Shown: in pieces, positions 36,882 through 44,695 of the stretch
How positions within the stretch are numbered: position 1 is the first letter of the stretch
How the letters are laid out: every line of letters begins with the position of its first letter
IMG/VR virus record: IMGVR_UViG_3300013121_000003
Coordinates: 98,674 to 162,673 of that record
Length of the DNA stretch: 64,000 bases
Source: a virus
Lineage: Duplodnaviria > Heunggongvirae > Uroviricota > Caudoviricetes
Direction: 5' to 3' (one strand)
Made by a program: the position numbers and the translations under genes
Notes under the pieces: model-generated
What the model saw: the letters and a program-made list of their open reading frames with translations, nothing else
The model's database searches: none
Told to the model about the DNA's origin: nothing

Positions 36882-37525
36882 ATATTTTTTAAAAAATGAA
36901 ATTCATTCATCAACACGTCTTTAACTTTATTAGCTATAATTCTATGTTCTTTTTGTGTAGAGTTGTGAGTTCTACTTTCAACATAAGTTATCCAGCTACG
37001 AAGCGTTCCGTTTGCATACATTCGAGTCGGTGTTAATCCTTCAGGAAGAACGGCTCTTGCTTGTTCTTTGGCAATGCCATTTTCCAATGCCCATTTATAT
37101 GCGTTTCCAGCCACTTGGGCGACTTTTTTCTGCCAAGTGTCCCAACCCTCCTGAAGTTCTAAATCGCCTGTCTCGATTGAATTCTGGCGATTCTTAGGGT
37201 CTTGTAAACGGGCTTCTCTGATCAATACGTCTTTAATTTCATATTCCGAATATCTACCACTAAATTCTTGGAAAGTGAGTGACCGATGCCGAAGAATTTG
37301 CCTTCCGATATCACGAGTCGTTTCGATTTCCAGAACGATGTTCACCATCTCGAAAGGACTCCAATGCTTTTCATTAATAAGATATGTAAGAAGTTTGTCT
37401 CCTGTTTTGAAGTTTGTTTGATTCTTTGGATTAGAAACACGTGCACAATAGACAATCAATTGTTCGGCTGTATCAAATCCTTTGGGTTGTGAAACTGAAA
37501 CTAACTTAACGTCACCAAATATCAT
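36875..37525 (-). CDS. thyX: Flavin-dependent thymidylate synthase ThyX
   Basis: ThyX signature RHRSLTFQEFSGRY. Confidence 0.8.
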   Translation of the reverse strand: MIFGDVKLVSVSQPKGFDTAEQLIVYCARVSNPKNQTNFKTGDKLLTYLINEKHWSPFEMVNIVLEIETTRDIGRQILRHRSLTFQEFSGRYSEYEIKDVLIREARLQDPKNRQNSIETGDLELQEGWDTWQKKVAQVAGNAYKWALENGIAKEQARAVLPEGLTPTRMYANGTLRSWITYVESRTHNSTQKEHRIIANKVKDVLMNEFHFLKNIW

Positions 37526-37544
37526 TCAATATCCTACTTTCCAT

Positions 37545-37967
37545 TCAAAAATTCAAATATGGTAAGCCGTTTTTCTCTCGTTCTTTTTGAACTGCGGCAA
37601 CCCAACTTTTCAGCATATTTTCTACTTGTGAAGTTGCTTTTTCATTTTGAATTCTGTTGACCAAATTAACAATACCTTCATCAACAACATTCTTCCAATA
37701 AACCATCATCTGTTCTTGATTTTCTTCTGTCCAACGATCAACAGCCTTTTGAACATGATCTTTTAAAACTTTCTCACAACAATCCACAATTAGTGGCGGA
37801 AGTTCATGTGTGTGATATCCTTGTGATACTTTCCTTGGTTCAAAGAAAGCTTTAGGAATTGCTTGCTTGACAATATCATAAAGGTCTTCTTCTTGAATCA
37901 AGTCTCCAATAGGCTGTTTCTTAATTCGTTCAACAACTCGATCTACAATGTTCATATTATTTGTCAT
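37545..37967 (-). CDS. Hypothetical protein
   Basis: 140-aa ORF. Confidence 0.5.
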   Translation of the reverse strand: MTNNMNIVDRVVERIKKQPIGDLIQEEDLYDIVKQAIPKAFFEPRKVSQGYHTHELPPLIVDCCEKVLKDHVQKAVDRWTEENQEQMMVYWKNVVDEGIVNLVNRIQNEKATSQVENMLKSWVAAVQKEREKNGLPYLNF

Positions 37968-38773
37968 GTTAATTTCTCCGGTGTATCACAATCTAAGAAA
38001 AATCTTATTTTCCCTTCAAAATCGAATTTCGATAAATCTAAAACCTTTTCCTTTATTTCGTAAGTAAGTTTTTTGGTTGTAAATTCTGTTCTATGTTCTT
38101 CTGGAATTTTTTTCAATTCTTCCTCAGTCATATCTCGATACATTCTATTAACAAGAAACCAAGTTCCTAAACGAAAATATTCAGGCTCTTTTTCCCAATT
38201 AACTCCCGCTTCTTCGATCATCTGAAGTTGTTCTTTAATATTTTTCTTATAGAGTTGTTTGTGAGAATAGAGGCTTTGTGCCATTGACTGAATTGCATTT
38301 CTCTTGGCGTCTAGGGCTCTCCAATACATCATATTAACGAAATCTGCTTGTGTCAGGAAAACAACTCGACAATCAAAATGAGGATAACGTTTTTGAAGCT
38401 CTGTTGCTCTGGTTCCTGGCCATTGCATAGGAATCTCTAATTGGAAGAAAGACGCAGCCATGGAAGCCAAAACAGATTGAATCTTTTGTTTCTTACCATT
38501 AAAGATGAACTGGCTTTCTAATCTGTTCTTCCGATATCCTAAACTGATTTCGTCAGACTGATGATAACCAACAAATGCATTGGTTTTATGGATCATAAAC
38601 TTAGTAAGTTCTTTCATGGCATTTGACATGTTAATATCATATGGTTCTGCCATGTCGGCCGTAAATGAAGAGAACGCACGACCATCAATTCTAACATACA
38701 TCCAATCGTCTTCATACGGTTCTTTTTGAAGTCGCTCAAGCTCCTTCATTCTCGTTCCAAGTTCATCAAACAT
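37964..38773 (-). CDS. Hypothetical protein
   Basis: 269-aa ORF; ATGA overlap. Confidence 0.55.
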   Translation of the reverse strand: MFDELGTRMKELERLQKEPYEDDWMYVRIDGRAFSSFTADMAEPYDINMSNAMKELTKFMIHKTNAFVGYHQSDEISLGYRKNRLESQFIFNGKKQKIQSVLASMAASFFQLEIPMQWPGTRATELQKRYPHFDCRVVFLTQADFVNMMYWRALDAKRNAIQSMAQSLYSHKQLYKKNIKEQLQMIEEAGVNWEKEPEYFRLGTWFLVNRMYRDMTEEELKKIPEEHRTEFTTKKLTYEIKEKVLDLSKFDFEGKIRFFLDCDTPEKLT

Positions 38774-39017
38774 TTAAGTGATTGTCCTTTTCTAAATCAC
38801 ATTCATTACAAATTTGTTTAACTGTTTCTTCATCTACTTTATCAACAATTTGTTGGTTGAATGCAATTCTAGGAACATGAACCATTCTTCCATTTTTATG
38901 TCTAAAATGCATATCCCAAAGTTCATAATAATGGTGTGTTGATCTTGTTATAGTTTGGAGAGAATAATCTCTCTTCTCCATTTCTTCTTTGACAAAGGAC
39001 ATAACAGTTTTGTTCAA
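38766..39017 (-). CDS. Hypothetical protein
   Basis: 83-aa ORF. Confidence 0.45.
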   Translation of the reverse strand: MNKTVMSFVKEEMEKRDYSLQTITRSTHHYYELWDMHFRHKNGRMVHVPRIAFNQQIVDKVDEETVKQICNECDLEKDNHLNV

Positions 39018-40057
39018 ATTTTACTCCATTCAGCCAATCTCAATTCAGCGTTCAAACCATGATATGTATTTACATCTATCATCTCCTTAAGCTTCAATCC
39101 AAGTCTCTTTATTTCCTCAGTATCAACGAATTCTCGTTGTGAAACAAGAGCTTGGATAGCTTCTCCTATGTCTTTGAATTTGAATGTTACCGGGAAGATA
39201 CAGACGAAAAATCCCATGGTAATGGCTCGTTTGATGGACTTTACAATTTCCGAATTTCTGGGTTCATTGTCAAAAACCAAGATCATATTGTTCTTCCGCT
39301 TATTCAGATGTTGTGCAGCTTTGATTAATGAAGAACCGCAAATAGCTACTGAATTAGGAATGAACATAGAATCTATTGGTCCTTCAAAGACATAGACCTT
39401 CTTGTTCCAGTTGATATCATCAAGTCCATAGATCAATGGACCTTTAGTTTCATCGAGAACTATCGAGATATATTTGACCTCTGATGAACTTAAAGCTCTT
39501 CCTTGGAATCCGATTAACTTACCTTCTGAATAAATAGGTATAACCAATCGTGGTTCATCTGTTCCAATATCGGTAAATTTGTTTGGAATCAATGAGTTAA
39601 CGAAGGTTTTAAATCTGGCTGCAAAAAATAGCTTATGATGATAAGTTGTTGGAATTAAACGAGAAATCACGTATTTTTTGCACGGATGTTCAGGAGATAA
39701 AGAAGACACTTTGGGAAGTCGAATTAAAGCATCTGTTTTGATCTGGATCGGAGTTTTTTCTTGAACCTCTTTTCCAGAACCATTCAAACACTCCATCAGA
39801 AATTCTTGATACAGAAGTTCGCTCTGTTCTTTCAAGAAATTCGGAAATCCTTTGGTGATAGAACAGTTATGGCAATAGAATACCAATTTCCCATTCTTCT
39901 CAAATATATACCCTCTTTTCTTCATCCTCTTCTTCTTGGAATCACCACAAACCGGACAACGGAAATTGAACACGTTGTTTCCGGTTTTTTTAAACCCAAC
40001 AAGATGATTCGCCAGAAGATGAACAAATTTCAATTCAGTAGTAAAATTAGATTTCAC
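39014..40057 (-). CDS. 61: DNA primase gp61
   Basis: FRCPVCGDSKKKR zinc-binding domain; PRLVIPIY, FQGRAL, FEGPIDS, DNEPRN as in T4 gp61. Confidence 0.9.
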   Translation of the reverse strand: MKSNFTTELKFVHLLANHLVGFKKTGNNVFNFRCPVCGDSKKKRMKKRGYIFEKNGKLVFYCHNCSITKGFPNFLKEQSELLYQEFLMECLNGSGKEVQEKTPIQIKTDALIRLPKVSSLSPEHPCKKYVISRLIPTTYHHKLFFAARFKTFVNSLIPNKFTDIGTDEPRLVIPIYSEGKLIGFQGRALSSSEVKYISIVLDETKGPLIYGLDDINWNKKVYVFEGPIDSMFIPNSVAICGSSLIKAAQHLNKRKNNMILVFDNEPRNSEIVKSIKRAITMGFFVCIFPVTFKFKDIGEAIQALVSQREFVDTEEIKRLGLKLKEMIDVNTYHGLNAELRLAEWSKI

Positions 40058-40072
40058 AATAGACCTTGATTA

Positions 40073-40270
40073 TCACTGATTTTGAACATTAAATGCTATA
40101 GTTCTATAAATTTGATTATTAAGAACTATCCATTTTAATTTCCAAAAACTAACTTTTTTACTATCATATATAATTTTTCTTCTTGTTTCATCGGTCATAC
40201 TGACTCGATTCAGAACATGATCTGATCCAAATCTGTTCAACAAAATAACTATGCTATACGGGTCGAGCAT
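40073..40270 (-). CDS. Small protein, member of a tandem 3-gene paralog family (LDPYSIVILLNRFGSDHVL)
   Basis: 65-aa ORF; shared N-terminal motif. Confidence 0.45.
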   Translation of the reverse strand: MLDPYSIVILLNRFGSDHVLNRVSMTDETRRKIIYDSKKVSFWKLKWIVLNNQIYRTIAFNVQNQ

Positions 40271-40281
40271 TCCTAGTTCTC

Positions 40282-40485
40282 CTAGAAGAAGTACCAGAAA
40301 ACAGATATCTTGTTATCTTCGACTTCCCATGCTAATCCGATTTCTTTTGCGTTTGTTAGTGTCATGTATTCGTTCAAACACTTCTTAATTTGTTTCTTGT
40401 GACGATATTCGATGTTCATCCTCAAAACTTTATCTGGCCCATATTTCTCAAGTAGAGAACAAACAGAATATACATCAAGAATCAT
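40282..40485 (-). CDS. Small protein, paralog (ILDVYSVCSLLEKYGPDKVL)
   Basis: 67-aa ORF. Confidence 0.45.
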   Translation of the reverse strand: MILDVYSVCSLLEKYGPDKVLRMNIEYRHKKQIKKCLNEYMTLTNAKEIGLAWEVEDNKISVFWYFF

Positions 40486-40862
40486 ACTAGTCCTCCGTGT
40501 TTATATGGACTATTAAGATACGCAACTACAATTCTATTATCATAAAATTCCCATTTAAAGACAGAATCTTTATATATTGCCAGATTATTATATCTTTTAC
40601 AAAAATTTTCAAGTTCTCTGAAAATATGTTTTCCGAACGGGCCTGGAATTTGACTAAGTTCTTTTATATCCATTTTGTCAAGAATGGCACACAACGAATA
40701 TGGTTCCAGCTTTTCTAGGTTATGCATCCTATGACCTGTTGCGTTAACAACACCCCATCTACCAATTATAAGGTAGGAGTTGACAAGAGGCAAGAGCCTA
40801 AATAGACCAACCGAAACAACATATGAGGCTTGAATATAATGGATGATTCTTTGGGAACTCAC
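40482..40862 (-). CDS. Paralog family member with an N-terminal extension (LEPYSLCAILDKMD...)
   Basis: 126-aa ORF. Confidence 0.45.
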   Translation of the reverse strand: MSSQRIIHYIQASYVVSVGLFRLLPLVNSYLIIGRWGVVNATGHRMHNLEKLEPYSLCAILDKMDIKELSQIPGPFGKHIFRELENFCKRYNNLAIYKDSVFKWEFYDNRIVVAYLNSPYKHGGLV

Positions 40863-41213
40863 GTCATTATAGATTTATGGGTCAAAGACGGTTCTATTCT
40901 TGAAGATATTAAAGAAGTCAGAGAAAGAATCGAATCTGTGATTAAAGATAAAGTCACCATTGTAAATTTCGCATATCATGATTTTGGACCAAACGCAGGA
41001 GTAACTGCTATTTGGTTATTGGCAGAAAGTCACATTTCAGTTCATTGTTGGAGTGAATTAAATTATATAGCTATCGATTGTTTCACTTGTGGCAAAGTAA
41101 ACCCAGAAGACTTCGTTGATCCATTATACAATATTTTAAATGGTGTTCAAAAAAATGTGATAACTCTGGGGCGTGGGAATTCTTACAATATCAATTCACG
41201 AAAACGTGATTAA
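40830..41213 (+). CDS. speD: S-adenosylmethionine decarboxylase proenzyme (pyruvoyl-dependent, SpeH/SpeD class 1)
   Basis: GVTAIWLLAESHISVHCWSE matches the autoprocessing-site region LLAESH(I/L)S(I/V)HTWPE; plus-strand gene. Confidence 0.7.
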   Translation: MNIMDDSLGTHVIIDLWVKDGSILEDIKEVRERIESVIKDKVTIVNFAYHDFGPNAGVTAIWLLAESHISVHCWSELNYIAIDCFTCGKVNPEDFVDPLYNILNGVQKNVITLGRGNSYNINSRKRD

Positions 41214-41240
41214 TTATAATTAAAAAATATACTTTACAAG

Positions 41241-41269
41241 TTGACTTTATTCCGAATCATTATTATATA
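41241..41269 (+). promoter_or_regulatory. Sigma70-like promoter TTGACT-17-TATATA upstream of the 41300 gene
   Basis: Near-consensus -35 element with 17-nt spacing to a TATATA -10 element. Confidence 0.5.
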
Positions 41270-41299
41270 TTTACTATCTTCAACAGATAGGGGTCAACT

Positions 41300-42130
41300 A
41301 TGATCGACGCATCTTCTAAGACGGCTCGTTTTGTTGCGTCCTCTGCAATTGTTGTTGCGTCCGCCACGACCATGGCCATGAATGCCAAGTTTGGATGGTC
41401 CATCGGTTATGACGAATTCGAAAAGTATCTCTTGTCGGCGTTCGGAATAGCAATTGATATCTGTAAAGTGTTTGGACTTGCGTTCGCTGCTTACCAAGTT
41501 TCCAAAGGTAATAAGTGGAAAGCAGCAGCATCGTTTCTGGTCTGGTTTACCGCAGTTCTCTACTCTTTTGCAGCGGCAACCGGATTTGCTTCGATGGTTC
41601 GTTCAAATTCAACTGCCGAACGGAACCACGTTGCACTTTCCATCCATCAGGCGAATCAAGATTACAACCGCCTGTTTGATGAACTCGAAACGATGAAGAA
41701 AAACAATCGTTACCAAACTTCGGCGGGATGTACCGCACCAGAAGCTAGGATGACAGAAGAAAGCAAGATTTTCTGTCAGCTTTATTGGCGCAAGGTTTCT
41801 GAGGTTGATACAGCCAAAGTAAATCTTCCCAAAGAAGTCGTGAAGGATGCTGATCCGCAAATCACCTTCTTGACTGAGCTTACTGGAATTGAAGGCAAGA
41901 CCATCGTTAAGATTTGGGCAATCACCATGGCTATCATTGCGGAAATCGTTTCTTCGTTCGGACTATATGCTTTCTCGTCAACACGAGCAAAGTATGGAAC
42001 GAAAGTCTCTAAAGAAGAAGACGAATCTTCTGAAGAAGACGAAGAACCGAAAAAGAAACGTGGACGGCCACTTGGTTCCAAAAATAAACCCAAATCACCA
42101 CCAGAACTTCATGTGGTTACATCTAATTAA
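41300..42130 (+). CDS. Polytopic membrane protein (about 3 N-terminal TM helices, central coiled coil, C-terminal TM helix) with a C-terminal AT-hook-like KRGRPLGSKNKP; distant paralog of 59724..60545
   Basis: 276-aa plus-strand ORF in GC-rich DNA, with its own promoter and terminator. Confidence 0.6.
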   Translation: MIDASSKTARFVASSAIVVASATTMAMNAKFGWSIGYDEFEKYLLSAFGIAIDICKVFGLAFAAYQVSKGNKWKAAASFLVWFTAVLYSFAAATGFASMVRSNSTAERNHVALSIHQANQDYNRLFDELETMKKNNRYQTSAGCTAPEARMTEESKIFCQLYWRKVSEVDTAKVNLPKEVVKDADPQITFLTELTGIEGKTIVKIWAITMAIIAEIVSSFGLYAFSSTRAKYGTKVSKEEDESSEEDEEPKKKRGRPLGSKNKPKSPPELHVVTSN

Positions 42131-42137
42131 ACTGAAG

Positions 42138-42168
42138 AGGCCGGGATCGCTCCCGGCCTTTCTTTATT
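42138..42168 (+). terminator. Rho-independent terminator
   Basis: aggccggga-tcgc-tcccggcct hairpin followed by TTCTTTATTTC. Confidence 0.8.
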
Positions 42169-42438
42169 TCAGAGTTTCCATGCGATTACGACAAGAGCAC
42201 AAACGGCTATTATCGAGATCAATGCATCAAAGAAAATACTCATCTTATTCTCTATCAACCCAATGCTTAGACATAAATCCGAGATAGAACCCCAGAATTC
42301 CGCCTATTCCAGCGAACGACAGGAAATAGGCCCATTGTGTTCCATAGTCACAGATTTCAATGATCATCAACATAAGAAGCTCCTTGACTTATGGACGATC
42401 TGAACACGACTATTCGATGGTTAATGTCAAGTCAAGTC

Positions 42439-42807
42439 TTACTTCTTTAGAACCAAGTTGAGTATTGTTCCAACGACTCCAAGCATGACAGCAGTTGAAA
42501 CCGCATATACAATTCGTCTAATAGGATCGAATTGATCTTTAGAAACGAATTTATCACCAAGCTTTTCTATTTTAGCATCGAATTTATCTTCAATATCAGA
42601 TATTTTCATTTTTAATTCACGAATCTCTAACTTAATTCCTTCGGCCGTATTTTTTCTTTCTTCATGCATATTTTCGAATTTTGTCTCAAGTGTAGACAAT
42701 CTACTTAGAAGTTCGTGCATCAAAGAAGAAACATTTTGAACGGATGATGAAAGTATTTTAATTGATGTTTCTAATGAATCATTTGACTGTTTGTTGTTTG
42801 CTGGCAT
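42439..42807 (-). CDS. Coiled-coil protein with a C-terminal TM anchor
   Basis: 122-aa ORF. Confidence 0.5.
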   Translation of the reverse strand: MPANNKQSNDSLETSIKILSSSVQNVSSLMHELLSRLSTLETKFENMHEERKNTAEGIKLEIRELKMKISDIEDKFDAKIEKLGDKFVSKDQFDPIRRIVYAVSTAVMLGVVGTILNLVLKK

Positions 42808-42924
42808 TCTTCTTTAGTCTCCCAACTATTCTTATTTTTAAATTCTTAAACAATAATGGTGCGTATTCATTGGGAGCAGAACCCGTTCCCGCAATATTTT
42901 CTCCGTTTCCAACAGCATTTTCAG

Positions 42925-43317
42925 TCATATCTTCCTCAATGCGTTAACGATCTCACTATCTATCTCTATCATATCTATATCAACTACATTTTCATCACTT
43001 ATATTGAATAATTTGTCTGGAAGAATTCCTAGAAGTAACAAAAATGGTTTAATATATTTATATTGATCTTTAAGCTTAAAGTAGAGAATTTTCGCACAAA
43101 TTTCACCAGGAAACACGTTTGAAAGCACAATTATGTGATTGAGGATCAGCCTTTCTTTAAGGTCTTTCGAAGTTTCATATCTGGTAATCAATTTTCGAAT
43201 ATATTTGATTCTATTCAGGTCTTCGATGAATTCAGCCGTAGATGTTGACAACTTCGTATTGTAGTGTTTAGCACAAAAAAGAAGGAAGTTATCATCACAA
43301 AGAGGTTCAGAATTCAA
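42925..43317 (-). CDS. Hypothetical protein
   Basis: 130-aa ORF. Confidence 0.5.
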   Translation of the reverse strand: MNSEPLCDDNFLLFCAKHYNTKLSTSTAEFIEDLNRIKYIRKLITRYETSKDLKERLILNHIIVLSNVFPGEICAKILYFKLKDQYKYIKPFLLLLGILPDKLFNISDENVVDIDMIEIDSEIVNALRKI

Positions 43318-43318
43318 A

Positions 43319-43660
43319 TTAGAAACTCGATAATGCTGATCTCTTGACTACGTTGTTGGCAGTAGCAACATAAATGTAATCAGAGTCAAACCAAATCATT
43401 CCTTGAGAAACTGTAATCGTTGAATTAGCAGGAGTTGAACGATTGCGGAAAATGAAATTGTTTGAGGATAATATTGAAGAATTAGCGATAACTAAATTGC
43501 ATGAAGCATTTGTAAATAATGAAAGAAGGGTAATAGAGCGAGTCTCAAGATTGGTATTCGCTCTATTCTTGACAATGACGAAAATATCGTTTGACTGAGG
43601 ATCAGTCAGAACGGTAAATTCGTCAATTGTCTTTGCATTCTCAGTTGGATTTACTGTCAT
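43319..43660 (-). CDS. Hypothetical protein (possible fiber accessory protein)
   Basis: 113-aa ORF directly downstream of the fiber-like gene. Confidence 0.5.
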   Translation of the reverse strand: MTVNPTENAKTIDEFTVLTDPQSNDIFVIVKNRANTNLETRSITLLSLFTNASCNLVIANSSILSSNNFIFRNRSTPANSTITVSQGMIWFDSDYIYVATANNVVKRSALSSF

Positions 43661-43663
43661 CTA

Positions 43664-44656
43664 TTAAGCATCATTAATCGTATTCATTGGAACCAGAACT
43701 TCAAATTGGACTCTTCCGGCTCGACCACCAGAACCAACGGTCTTCTTGACCCATCCAGCGTGAGCAACGCCGGTTCCATCGGAAATGAGAGCAACGCCAA
43801 CGGTATTTGAACCGCCAGTTCCACCCCAAGTCAATGTTGGTTCAGAAGTATAACCAGTTCCCGTATTGGTCATAAGAACTCGATCAACACCCATTGTCAG
43901 GTTTAGAGTTGCGCCAGTTCCAGTTGTTGAACCAGTTGTGGCAGCACCAGTCAATGTCGGTAATGCAGAATATGAACCATTACTCAAAGTCGTAATGGAT
44001 TTAATTCGCATTGTCAGCGTAACCGTCAATCCATTTGAAGCAGCCGTATTTGCTGAAGTCGTCGAAACGTTAGTCAATGTTGGATTGGCAGTATAATTTC
44101 CACGAGTTGTTAAAGCAAGTGAAGCAACTGAAGTGTTGGAAGTACCAGTCGTAACTGTGAAAGTAGCGGCTGTGCCGGTTCCAGTATCGCAAGTCACAAC
44201 ATCGTTATTTGCGTACCCAGAACCACCATTAACAACGGTTACTGTTCGAACTTCTGTAGCTGAAACGTTGACAGTTGCAGCGGAACCAGTTCCATCAGCA
44301 ACCGCCAGATTTTCACCAGGAACATATGAACCGCCAGTTCCAGGACCGTTTAGAGCAATTGCAACGGCTCTTGCATAAACGTTTGCTGTTGCGTTAACAG
44401 TTCCGTTTGAAAATGCTAATGTTGGTTGTGCTGTATATCCAGTTCCAGGATCGGTAACTTCAACACCAGTAACAATTGCAACCCCCATTTCACTAGCTTT
44501 AATTGCAGTGATCGAATCCACTTGTGCAGTAATGAATTCGCTGTTTGTTGTATTGTTGAACATGGCATCCCGATTTACCGTGTTCGGTGTTTTATTTACA
44601 AGTGCTGGTCCCCAAATTGGAGAATTATTTGCTAATCTATTTTCGCCCCAAGTCAT
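43664..44656 (-). CDS. Gly/Thr/Ser-rich repeat protein, tail-fiber/adhesin-like, with about 4 internal G-x-G-Y-T-x-x-P-T-L-T repeats
   Basis: 330-aa ORF, GC-rich; AAGGGAG SD; TATAAATA late-promoter element 32 nt upstream. Confidence 0.6.
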   Translation of the reverse strand: MTWGENRLANNSPIWGPALVNKTPNTVNRDAMFNNTTNSEFITAQVDSITAIKASEMGVAIVTGVEVTDPGTGYTAQPTLAFSNGTVNATANVYARAVAIALNGPGTGGSYVPGENLAVADGTGSAATVNVSATEVRTVTVVNGGSGYANNDVVTCDTGTGTAATFTVTTGTSNTSVASLALTTRGNYTANPTLTNVSTTSANTAASNGLTVTLTMRIKSITTLSNGSYSALPTLTGAATTGSTTGTGATLNLTMGVDRVLMTNTGTGYTSEPTLTWGGTGGSNTVGVALISDGTGVAHAGWVKKTVGSGGRAGRVQFEVLVPMNTINDA

Positions 44657-44687
44657 TGAGAACTCCCTTTTAATTTCTTATTATTTT

Positions 44688-44695
44688 TATTTATA
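44688..44695 (-). promoter_or_regulatory. T4-type late promoter TATAAATA for the fiber-like gene
   Basis: Exact consensus on the minus strand, followed by a strong SD. Confidence 0.45.

Noticed and set aside
40770-40830. A sigma70 promoter for the speD-like gene at the TTGACA around 40785
   Set aside because: A good -35 hexamer is present but no acceptable -10 element at 16-18 nt spacing was found
41316-42093. Minus-strand ORFs overlapping the plus-strand membrane-protein gene
   Set aside because: The plus-strand gene has its own promoter, SD and terminator; the antisense ORFs are GC-driven artefacts
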